A stretch of 39,087 bases of DNA from a virus (Duplodnaviria > Caudoviricetes), in IMG/VR virus record IMGVR_UViG_3300032227_000820, positions 1 through 39,087 of that record. One strand, given 5' to 3'. The notes under the pieces are model-generated. The model did not search any database, was not told the DNA's origin, and saw nothing but the letters and a program-made list of their open reading frames with translations. A program made the translations under genes and the position numbers. Shown in pieces: positions 27,076 to 35,100 of the stretch. How positions within the stretch are numbered: position 1 is the stretch's first letter; the number at the start of each line of letters is the position of its first letter.

Positions 27076-27855
27076 ATGCCAGCTGCATCTAAACAACAAC
27101 AGAAATTAATGGGCATAGTTCACGCCCTTCAAAAAGGAGATATCAAACCTTCACAAGCATCAGGAAAAGCAAAAGAAATGGCTAAATCAATGAAAAAAGG
27201 CGATGTAAAAGACTTCGCTGCAACCAAGCATAAAGGCCTTCCTAAGAAGGTTAAAAAAGAAAATATGGGTGTAGCTTCTATGTATGTAGTACGCAAACCT
27301 TATGCAGGCTGTGAATTAACTTCGTTAGTAAAACCTATTGATCCACTAGTTGGTATTGGTGCTGGCCATGAAATAACCCCAGATCAAGTATATGGAGTAT
27401 ATGCTGATCAGGATCAAGCACTTAATGTGGCTAATGAATTGTATGAAGCGTACTGTAAACAAGAAGAGATATTGGAAGAGAAAAAAGCTAAAGTTGGAGA
27501 TAAGTTGAAAAAGACTATTGACCATCTTGAAAAGAAGCGTAAAGAGCATCTTGATATGGCTAAAGAAGATCCTAAGAATGCTTCTAAGCATAAAGAACAT
27601 ATTGCTAAGATTGCTACACATATTGATGATCTTATGAGTAAGATGGAAAGAATTGAGAAGAGTAAGAAAAATGTTGATAAGAAAGAAGACGAAGAAAGTA
27701 TTAAAGAGAATAAAAAAAGCATTTATACAATAGGAGATAAAATCGTTGGGTCTAATAAAGTTTATTTTATATATAATAATGATACTGGCACTCAATCTGG
27801 AAGTTATAAAACTAAAGAAGAGGCACAAAAAGTACTAGATAAAAAAAATAAATAA
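27076..27855 (+). CDS. modular protein with N-terminal DUF3008-like basic domain
   Basis: MPAASKQQQKLMG...KG...AK.M...DFAATKHKGLPKK resembles DUF3008; followed by coiled coil and a short C-terminal module. Confidence 0.7.
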   Translation: MPAASKQQQKLMGIVHALQKGDIKPSQASGKAKEMAKSMKKGDVKDFAATKHKGLPKKVKKENMGVASMYVVRKPYAGCELTSLVKPIDPLVGIGAGHEITPDQVYGVYADQDQALNVANELYEAYCKQEEILEEKKAKVGDKLKKTIDHLEKKRKEHLDMAKEDPKNASKHKEHIAKIATHIDDLMSKMERIEKSKKNVDKKEDEESIKENKKSIYTIGDKIVGSNKVYFIYNNDTGTQSGSYKTKEEAQKVLDKKNK

Positions 27856-28217
27856 TGGAACCATACGCTTTATTTATAGGAACATTGATGCAAAGCCGTA
27901 ATCAGGCTCACATCTACCATTTACAGACAAACTCTTTTGCAGCTCACAAAGCTTTACAAGAGTATTATGAAGAGATTGTAGATTTAATTGATGGTCTAGT
28001 TGAATCATATCAAGGAAAATATGGCATTCTTCGTGGATATACAATGGCAAATCAGATAAAAGAAGATGATAATGCTATTCTTTACTTCGAAGGTCTTTGT
28101 AAATTTGTAGAAATGATCAGAACAAAAGTTCCACAAGATTCATATATACAGAATGAAATTGACAATGTAGTTAATCTTCTAGAGTCAACTAAGTATAAAC
28201 TTAAATTCTTAAATTAA
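27855..28217 (+). CDS. ferritin/Dps-like four-helix protein (DUF5856-like)
   Basis: HIYHLQT.SFAAHKAL.EYYE...L.D.LVE.YQG, and QNEID...YKL. Confidence 0.8.
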   Translation: MEPYALFIGTLMQSRNQAHIYHLQTNSFAAHKALQEYYEEIVDLIDGLVESYQGKYGILRGYTMANQIKEDDNAILYFEGLCKFVEMIRTKVPQDSYIQNEIDNVVNLLESTKYKLKFLN

Positions 28218-28495
28218 TGAATACTCCAGAATTTAAAAAACACGTAGCTAATCTTTTAAAAGAAGAAGAAGTAAATACTACGCAGCCAAACAATTCAGCA
28301 GCAAAAACTTCTGATGTAAAAACTATTGTTAAGTATATAGAAACAAAAAAAGATTTTATATCAAGAATGGAAAAAATTTCCAATGGACAAGAAGTAACAG
28401 AGTTTTTATCTTTTATATTAAATAAAATTAATCCTAATGTAACCGGGGTTAATAAGAATGCTTTAATGAATATAATAAAAGATAGATTTAAGTAA
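28217..28495 (+). CDS. hypothetical protein with ...ANLLKEE leader
   Basis: 92 aa, TAATG-coupled on both sides. Confidence 0.75.
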   Translation: MNTPEFKKHVANLLKEEEVNTTQPNNSAAKTSDVKTIVKYIETKKDFISRMEKISNGQEVTEFLSFILNKINPNVTGVNKNALMNIIKDRFK

Positions 28496-29784
28496 TGCAA
28501 AGTCTTTCTAGAGACCATATTAAATATGTCTTAGGAATAGATATTTCTTTAAATGAAAGTATTTCTTTTACACAAGAACAATCTATTCTTATTATAGAAA
28601 GACAATTATTGTATGAAAACTTTTTAGATTCTATAAAGAAGTATGCAGGAGAAATAAAGGATACTTTTTTAAAAGGCTTTAGTGATTTTAAAGATTTTGC
28701 TTCTACTTTATATAGAATTATAAATGATAAATTATCAACAAATTTTTCAGATTCTTTACTAAGAACTTTTGTTAATAGTGATATTAAAAAAACTATAGAT
28801 GCTATTTTACAAAAAATAGGACAACCAGATTTATTAAAAAATTTGACAGATAAAATAAAATCAATATCTAATCCTGTCGGAAAACTTATAGCTTCAATTG
28901 GTTTTACTACTATAGCTAAATTTTTTTATGATAAGTTTAAAGATCTAGACTTAACTAAAGATAATATAAAACAACAAATTTCAGAATATATAAAAAGTTT
29001 TTTATCTGATAAGGCTATAGAAACTTTAGAAAGTTTTTTTACTGGTGGATTTTCTACATTAAAACAATGGTTAGAAAAAATAGGAATAGGAGCTGCCACA
29101 ATATATAATACACTAAAAGGCACTATAGATAAATACAAAGATGCTTTTATGAAACAAGATGCAGGACAAAAAATGGCAGCAAAATTAGTAAGAGAGGAAT
29201 CTAAAATAGATAAAGATAAATTATCTCAAATAAAAAAGGGTATTGAAGTTGAGATGGAGCATACTAATGATCCTAGAATAGCTTTAAAAATAGCTATGGA
29301 TCATATTAAAGAAGATCCTAAATACTATGATAAGTTAGCTAAAGCTGGTTTAGAAGAAGAGAAAATGGTAAGGTGTAAAAATTGCGGATGGAAATGGAAA
29401 GCCTCAGAAGGTGGAAAAGATCCTTATGTTTGTCATAAATGTGGAAATGATAATGGTAGTAATATTCAAGAATTAAACGAAGGTGAATTCTGCCCACAAT
29501 GTTTAGCTCAATATATAAAAGATCATATTAATACACTTCATGAGGCAGAATATAAAGGTAGAAAAGTGCAACTAGGAAAACCAATGGCTGGTGATATTAA
29601 AAAATTTAAGGTGTATGTTAAGAATGCTAAAGGAAATGTTGTTAAAGTAAACTTTGGTCAGAAAGGAGTAAAAATAAAAAAGAATAATCCTGAAAGGAGA
29701 AAAAGTTTTAGAGCAAGACATCATTGTGATACCAATCCAGGACCAAGATGGAAAGCTAGATATTGGTCATGTAGAAAGTGGTAA
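28495..29784 (+). CDS. multi-module protein: helical domain + DUF5661-like + Zn ribbon + DUF6321-like
   Basis: GIEVEMEHT...IAMDH..E.P.YY.KL; CKNC..W...CHKC; CPQC; RRKSFRARHHC...ARYWSCRKW. Confidence 0.8.
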   Translation: MQSLSRDHIKYVLGIDISLNESISFTQEQSILIIERQLLYENFLDSIKKYAGEIKDTFLKGFSDFKDFASTLYRIINDKLSTNFSDSLLRTFVNSDIKKTIDAILQKIGQPDLLKNLTDKIKSISNPVGKLIASIGFTTIAKFFYDKFKDLDLTKDNIKQQISEYIKSFLSDKAIETLESFFTGGFSTLKQWLEKIGIGAATIYNTLKGTIDKYKDAFMKQDAGQKMAAKLVREESKIDKDKLSQIKKGIEVEMEHTNDPRIALKIAMDHIKEDPKYYDKLAKAGLEEEKMVRCKNCGWKWKASEGGKDPYVCHKCGNDNGSNIQELNEGEFCPQCLAQYIKDHINTLHEAEYKGRKVQLGKPMAGDIKKFKVYVKNAKGNVVKVNFGQKGVKIKKNNPERRKSFRARHHCDTNPGPRWKARYWSCRKW

Positions 29785-29791
29785 ATGAATT

Positions 29792-30412
29792 ATGCTAAAT
29801 TATAATATAGAATCTTTCAAGTGTATAGTTAGACAGTCTTATTTTACAAAAGACAAAAAAGACGATAACGTATTTCATAACTGTTACGCGTTTGGAGTTC
29901 AATCTGTAGATTCTAAGATATTGACTTTTCATATTATGACAGACTACGGAATGCTAAGATCTAGAGTTCCTATGTCTGAAATATATTTAAAACCCCCTAC
30001 TAAAGATATTCCTTACTATTTTAAACAATTATGGGATTGTTTTGGCTCGGATGCTACGGTTATTAAGTATGACTTTTTAAAAGACAAAAGATGTAAAGTC
30101 ATGCTTAGGGATAAAACCATAGTATGGGCCACATATTTAATGACAATAGACTGGCAAAATAATCCATATTCAAATGAGCCATCAGACTACAAATGTGGTC
30201 ATATTTTAGTAGCCGATGATGGATATCTATTATGTCAACCTAATAATAGAATATTCTGGAAAGATTCTAATTGGATAACAAAAGACTTTCCTATTGATCC
30301 AAAAATGGTTAAAGTAGATACTGAATTATTAAATGTAGAATCAGTTTCTGATAGATGGGTATCTGAGGATACTGACTCCTTTTATTATGACATAAATCAA
30401 AGTGGAAATTAA
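29792..30412 (+). CDS. conserved hypothetical phage protein
   Basis: QLWDCF, YLMTIDW, KCGH, QPNNRI.W motifs; 206 aa. Confidence 0.8.
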   Translation: MLNYNIESFKCIVRQSYFTKDKKDDNVFHNCYAFGVQSVDSKILTFHIMTDYGMLRSRVPMSEIYLKPPTKDIPYYFKQLWDCFGSDATVIKYDFLKDKRCKVMLRDKTIVWATYLMTIDWQNNPYSNEPSDYKCGHILVADDGYLLCQPNNRIFWKDSNWITKDFPIDPKMVKVDTELLNVESVSDRWVSEDTDSFYYDINQSGN

Positions 30413-30413
30413 G

Positions 30414-30421
30414 ATATTTAT
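30414..30421 (+). promoter_or_regulatory. ATATTTAT putative late promoter
   Basis: 6 nt upstream of ATG 30428. Confidence 0.6.
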
Positions 30422-30427
30422 ATTCAT

Positions 30428-30745
30428 ATGACAAAACTTCTAGACATTTTAAAGGAAATCAAAGAGTCTTTCATAGAGTTTGCAGAAACCAGAATGAAGG
30501 GTGCAGAGAAAATTGCAACTGCTGCAAAAGAAAAAGGCGGTCTTTCTATGCTTACTTATAATCACTTTATAGTTAAGCTTCCTTATTATAAAAAGGCTAA
30601 ACAAGGTGATTTTAATATAGAAGAAGCTAAGAAAGAATACGATAAAACATATAAAAGTATATCTTTAAATATGACTCAAACTGAGTTTCAAAGAGAGGTT
30701 GGTAGACTAGAAGTATTAGGTGAACTAATAATCAGAAATAAATGA
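30428..30745 (+). CDS. hypothetical protein with MTKLLDILKE leader
   Basis: 105 aa ORF. Confidence 0.8.
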   Translation: MTKLLDILKEIKESFIEFAETRMKGAEKIATAAKEKGGLSMLTYNHFIVKLPYYKKAKQGDFNIEEAKKEYDKTYKSISLNMTQTEFQREVGRLEVLGELIIRNK

Positions 30746-31272
30746 TAAAGCTTAAAGATATATTAAATGAAGTTATCTCAGAAATGGGAGTAATGACAAT
30801 ACAACCTATTTTAGATCTATATGATCAAAATCCTGAATTAGTATCTAAAGTGGTATTTCCTTACCACAAATTAAGATCTAAGGAAGATGTTCAAGAAGAA
30901 CTTTTAGGTATGGAGTATGAAGAGTTTGATTCAATAAGAAGAGAGTTAGATTTAAATCCTTTAGAAGAGGCTTGTTGGGATGGATATGAAAAACAAGGTA
31001 TGAAAAAGAAAGGGAACAGAATGGTTCCTAATTGTGTTAGAATAAGCGAAGCAAAAAAGAAAGGTAAAGTTAATCCCGCGTATCTTACTAAAGATGCAGC
31101 GGCAATGAAGAAAGAGATTAATAGAGTAAAAAAGTTAAAGTCTGATGATCCTTCTGCTTATGAAAAGTGGGATGCAGATTATTCAGATAAAGCTAAGACT
31201 AAGAAATATAAAACTAAGAAAAGTGCGGCAACTTCTGCTTACGAAAAAAGGTTTGGTAAAAAAGAAAAGTAA
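30742..31272 (+). CDS. modular protein with MIKLKDILNE leader and CWxGY...VPNCV motif
   Basis: Acidic module, then ACWDGYEKQGMKKKGNRMVPNCV, then a Lys-rich module. Confidence 0.8.
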   Translation: MIKLKDILNEVISEMGVMTIQPILDLYDQNPELVSKVVFPYHKLRSKEDVQEELLGMEYEEFDSIRRELDLNPLEEACWDGYEKQGMKKKGNRMVPNCVRISEAKKKGKVNPAYLTKDAAAMKKEINRVKKLKSDDPSAYEKWDADYSDKAKTKKYKTKKSAATSAYEKRFGKKEK

Positions 31273-31547
31273 TGAAACTACAAGAACTATTACAACAATT
31301 AGTTGAAGAGAAGCTTAAGTTTCATCATTCTAATGCACCAGATGCAAAAGGTAGATTTAAAGAGTTGCCAGCAGAAAAGTTAGCTAATTGGTTGATTAGA
31401 ACAAGAAAAAGTAATATGAGTAAAATAACCGGCTCATTAAACCAACAAGCTAATTTCAACCGTAAAGATGATCCTGCTTATGCAAGGAAGATGGATAGGA
31501 CTAGAGAAATAGTTAAAAAGAAACTAGATAAAAAGAAAAAGAAATGA
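31272..31547 (+). CDS. small basic protein with MKLQELLQQLVEE leader
   Basis: 91 aa, K/R-rich after the leader. Confidence 0.8.
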   Translation: MKLQELLQQLVEEKLKFHHSNAPDAKGRFKELPAEKLANWLIRTRKSNMSKITGSLNQQANFNRKDDPAYARKMDRTREIVKKKLDKKKKK

Positions 31548-31831
31548 TCAATAAATTAGATATATTAAAGCAAATACTTATTCTTGAGTATGATGCTGAA
31601 GTAGAAAAGGCGTTAGCAAATAAAGCTAAAGCTACTGGTATATCTAAAACTATACTCAAAAGTGTTTATTCTAAAGGTTTGGCGGCTTGGAAAACAGGAC
31701 ACCGTCCTGGAGTTGGTCAACACCAATGGGCAATGGGTAGAGTAAATTCATTTGTAACAGGTAAGGGTGGAGCAAGAAAAGCAGATAAAAGTTTATGGAA
31801 AAAAGCAAGTAAATCTAAAAAGAAAAAATAA
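31544..31831 (+). CDS. small basic protein, DUF5824-like
   Basis: L.NKA...GIS..IL..VY.KGLAAWKTGHRPG...QWAMGRVNSF..G. Confidence 0.75.
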   Translation: MINKLDILKQILILEYDAEVEKALANKAKATGISKTILKSVYSKGLAAWKTGHRPGVGQHQWAMGRVNSFVTGKGGARKADKSLWKKASKSKKKK

Positions 31832-31833
31832 AA

Positions 31834-32814
31834 ATGAATAACATTTCATTCTTTAAGGCTCTTTTAATGAAAGAGTTGAACGAAAAAGATCTTCCTGGAA
31901 ATCAAGAGAAAATAGCAGGTGCTGCTGAACCTAAAGATAAAATCACTGCTGCTGATTTTGCTGCACTTCGTGCAAAAAAAGATATGAAGAAAGAAGAGTT
32001 TGGAATAGGTGCAATGATAATGAATGCTATGAGTCCATTAGAACCTGAAGAACTAGAAAAATTTTATAATATATTAAAAGATGAGCCAGCTATAAATAAA
32101 GCAAAATATAAACCTGATTTTGTAGATGCTTTAAAAAAACTTGTTTTTTGGAAAGGTAAAGATAGTGAAGTTGGACAAGCAGCTTATAAAATTATTACTA
32201 TGCCTAGTAGTGGATATCGTTATGGACCAGATAAAATAGAACAGGTATTTAATTATATAAAAAATAAAAAAGGCGGTGCAATGAATGAAGGTGAAGGTCA
32301 AGACCATGAAGTATCAATGGCTCAAAATAGTCTTAAGTCTATTATAAGCTCAGCAAGTCAATTAATGAATATGTTAGGTCAAGATGAGAAAGATGTCCCA
32401 GCTTGGATTCAAGATCATATTACTAATGCAGAGAACTATATTAATCAGGCTTCAAAGAACTATCATGAATATAATGAAGGAAGCACTGGTGAATACGATA
32501 TGGATGAACTCCCAGATGGTACAATTGAAAAGTCAGCAGGTGATGCAGAAGATTTAGATATGGCTCTTAAATCTATTATGGAAGCTAAGTCTGTTAGTCT
32601 TAAAGATTTTTCTAAAAATTTAGAATTATATAAAAAAGGAGATCTTATTAAATCTCAACTTATTAATTCTTATAATAAGTTAAACGCAAAAGATCAAGAT
32701 AAAGCTAAGGAGCTTGCTAAAGATCTTGATGTATTACCTAATCCAAAAAAGATTAATGAAATATCTCTTAAATCTATGATGGAAACTGTTGTAAAGCGTA
32801 AAAAAGCAAAATAA
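31834..32814 (+). CDS. multi-module protein (putative virion internal polyprotein)
   Basis: Modules DLPGNQEKI...ITAADFAALR and DHEVSMA...PAWIQDHIT.A..YI, separated by LNE/MNE/IME/INE. Confidence 0.8.
   Translation: MNNISFFKALLMKELNEKDLPGNQEKIAGAAEPKDKITAADFAALRAKKDMKKEEFGIGAMIMNAMSPLEPEELEKFYNILKDEPAINKAKYKPDFVDALKKLVFWKGKDSEVGQAAYKIITMPSSGYRYGPDKIEQVFNYIKNKKGGAMNEGEGQDHEVSMAQNSLKSIISSASQLMNMLGQDEKDVPAWIQDHITNAENYINQASKNYHEYNEGSTGEYDMDELPDGTIEKSAGDAEDLDMALKSIMEAKSVSLKDFSKNLELYKKGDLIKSQLINSYNKLNAKDQDKAKELAKDLDVLPNPKKINEISLKSMMETVVKRKKAK
32564..32787 (+). repeat. imperfect 23 bp direct repeat, 201 nt apart (in frame)
   Basis: CTCTTAAATCTATTATGGAAGCT (32564-32586) vs CTCTTAAATCTATGATGGAAACT (32765-32787), 21/23 identical. 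Confidence 0.8.
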
Positions 32815-32817
32815 ATA

Positions 32818-34422
32818 ATGCCAGTGAGTAACCAAGACATATTAAAGACTATACTCTTACAAGAGTTAGATAGGATGGAGCCTGAAACTTCTACTTTTGA
32901 GGATGATCCTATGCAATTTATATTGAAGAAATATGCAGGACTTAAGAATACTCTTGAGTATCTTATGACTCCTTCATTTGAAGAGTATATAACAGGCATA
33001 TATGTAGTTGCTCCTAAGCCAACAACATTTAAAGTTGTTCTACATAATGGGCAATTCTTTTTCTTGCAGTTCATGGGCAAAGCCTATGAAGCAACTGTAG
33101 AAGGAAAGAAATACTATTTAATGTCTATTGGTGAGAAAGAAAGATGCATGGTTGCAATATCAAGGCTTCTTAGGTTTGGTAATCCTTTGAAAACCAAAGG
33201 ACCTGATGGAGCAGAACAAGGTACTAGAGATTCAGAAGGACCTACAGAAGAAGCAGGACCAACACCACCAGCAGAAACATCAGCACCAGAAGCAGGAGGG
33301 GAAGAATTGACAGAGGCTAGGATATTAGAAAATATTATTAGAATTGAAGCTGCTATAAGACCAACTACAAAAACAAATAAAGAAGTTGTAGACAAATTAG
33401 TTAAATTATACCCTGATAAATTTGAGGCGCAAAAAGATATTAATAGGATAGCTAACAAAACAAAAATGACTGCTAAAGAATTTGAAAAGATACTAAAGCA
33501 GGATATAAAAGCTAAGAATATAAAAATAATACCTAAAAAAACAGGCGATAATCCAAGTTCTAAATTCGATTTATTTCAATTTAATACCAGTTCTGGTCCA
33601 GGTGCTTTATTACTAAGTGCCGGTGCATCTGCTAATGCAGGAACTGATTTTGAAAAACGTTTAGTTGATAGAATTAAAGACGCTACAGGTATAGATAATG
33701 AAGACATACAAGACCCTGTAGTAGCAAAAATATTTGGTGAATTAGGTATAGATGCTTCTAAACTAAGCCAGAAAGATGTAATACCTGCTGGAGAAACAGA
33801 TACAAAAAGACCATTAAATTTTAACGGTCCACAAAATAGAGGCAAACAAATATCGGATATAATAATTAAATATAAAGGTAATCCTTATTACTTATCAATA
33901 AAAAATGTAGATGGATCCGGAATTTATAATGGTGGAGTTGTTCCTGGAATAGTATTTAATAAAAATAAAAGTAAAATAGTTTTTGACGAAGAAGCATATA
34001 ACTCAAATGAAAATGTTAAAAATATATTAGATACATTAGGAGTTGATCCTAAAAAAATAGTAGCAGGATTAAATAATAATATTTTTAAAAAAGGCAAACA
34101 AACAGAATTTCAACAAGTTGATGCTGATTTAGAATTAATAACTAAACTTCTTGGTTCTGCTATAGACTATGGATATTATTATATAAGAGAAATACCCGGA
34201 GGAGATGTTAAAATCTATAATATAAACTCTCCTAAAGAAGCAGCAAAACTTTTGGGAACTCCTAGTGGAGTTTTTATAAAGTACGCAGGACTATCTACAA
34301 AAATAACTACAATTAGAGTTCCATTAGAAGATTCAGCACTAGGATTAAAAAGAGCAGACGTTAATATAAGAAATGCAACTGGGGGAGTAGACAAGCCTGT
34401 AATAAAAATTAATTTATTCTAA
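32818..34422 (+). CDS. two-part protein: N-terminal domain + Pro/Glu linker + putative restriction-endonuclease-fold domain
   Basis: Linker EGPTEEAGPTPPAETSAPEAGGEELTE; C-half NAGTDFE...ISDIII...YLSIK resembles a PD-(D/E)XK variant. Confidence 0.6.
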   Translation: MPVSNQDILKTILLQELDRMEPETSTFEDDPMQFILKKYAGLKNTLEYLMTPSFEEYITGIYVVAPKPTTFKVVLHNGQFFFLQFMGKAYEATVEGKKYYLMSIGEKERCMVAISRLLRFGNPLKTKGPDGAEQGTRDSEGPTEEAGPTPPAETSAPEAGGEELTEARILENIIRIEAAIRPTTKTNKEVVDKLVKLYPDKFEAQKDINRIANKTKMTAKEFEKILKQDIKAKNIKIIPKKTGDNPSSKFDLFQFNTSSGPGALLLSAGASANAGTDFEKRLVDRIKDATGIDNEDIQDPVVAKIFGELGIDASKLSQKDVIPAGETDTKRPLNFNGPQNRGKQISDIIIKYKGNPYYLSIKNVDGSGIYNGGVVPGIVFNKNKSKIVFDEEAYNSNENVKNILDTLGVDPKKIVAGLNNNIFKKGKQTEFQQVDADLELITKLLGSAIDYGYYYIREIPGGDVKIYNINSPKEAAKLLGTPSGVFIKYAGLSTKITTIRVPLEDSALGLKRADVNIRNATGGVDKPVIKINLF

Positions 34423-34461
34423 AATAAATTTTTTTATTTCAATTATTTGTTGTATATTTAG
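34421..34461 (+). promoter_or_regulatory. host-sigma-type promoter
   Basis: AAAATAAATTTTTTTATTTCAATTATTTGTTGTATATTTAG, near-copy of the 22399-22438 minus-strand element. Confidence 0.6.
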
Positions 34462-34476
34462 CCATAAATTAATAAT

Positions 34477-34722
34477 ATGGCAAAAAAAGATACAATCTAT
34501 AGAATAGTAAAGACTATAGAAGGAACAACAATCCACATTTACGAAGACGAAAAAGGAGCCACAAAACCCCATTGTGCCACAGGCCCTGCTATACTTTATG
34601 GAAAAGGACAGAACAAACAAGATGAATACTATTTGTTTGGAGTCAAGTATGAATATGACAGATGGCTAGAATTATCAAGACCTTTGAGGAAAATACTTAC
34701 TAAAGAAGATTTTGTTGATTAA
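34477..34722 (+). CDS. hypothetical protein (H..xGPA...EYY..G motif)
   Basis: KPHCATGPAILY...EYYLFG resembles the LHRxDGPA-type repeat of viral proteins. Confidence 0.75.
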   Translation: MAKKDTIYRIVKTIEGTTIHIYEDEKGATKPHCATGPAILYGKGQNKQDEYYLFGVKYEYDRWLELSRPLRKILTKEDFVD

Positions 34723-34725
34723 TAA

Positions 34726-34733
34726 ATATTTAT
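34726..34733 (+). promoter_or_regulatory. ATATTTAT putative late promoter heading the packaging operon
   Basis: 16 nt upstream of ATG 34750. Confidence 0.6.
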
Positions 34734-34749
34734 AAGTAAATGTACGACC

Positions 34750-35100
34750 ATGTCATTTAACTTAGAAAAGTATTTAGTTGAAAACAATCTTACCTTGATC
34801 TCTAGAATTAGAGAGGAAGAAGATATGGAGGTAGAACCTTCAAAAGATGATCTTAAACAATCAGAAAAAGACTTTAGATCAATAGACAAGAAAAAGAAAG
34901 AGCTAGCGAATCTTCAGCAACAAGTAAAAACAATCCTTGCTAAATATACAGAAAGAGGACCTGATGGTAACCTTAAACTTAAAGATGTAGCTGGATATAA
35001 GAAAGCTGTTGGAAATATTCCTGACAGAATTAAACTTCTTAAAGCCCAGATAGATAAAGTAGAAAACCCTAAATTAGATTCAGATGAAGAAGACAATTAG
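34750..35100 (+). CDS. hypothetical protein with MSFNLEKYLVEN leader
   Basis: 116 aa, coiled coil. Confidence 0.8.
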   Translation: MSFNLEKYLVENNLTLISRIREEEDMEVEPSKDDLKQSEKDFRSIDKKKKELANLQQQVKTILAKYTERGPDGNLKLKDVAGYKKAVGNIPDRIKLLKAQIDKVENPKLDSDEEDN

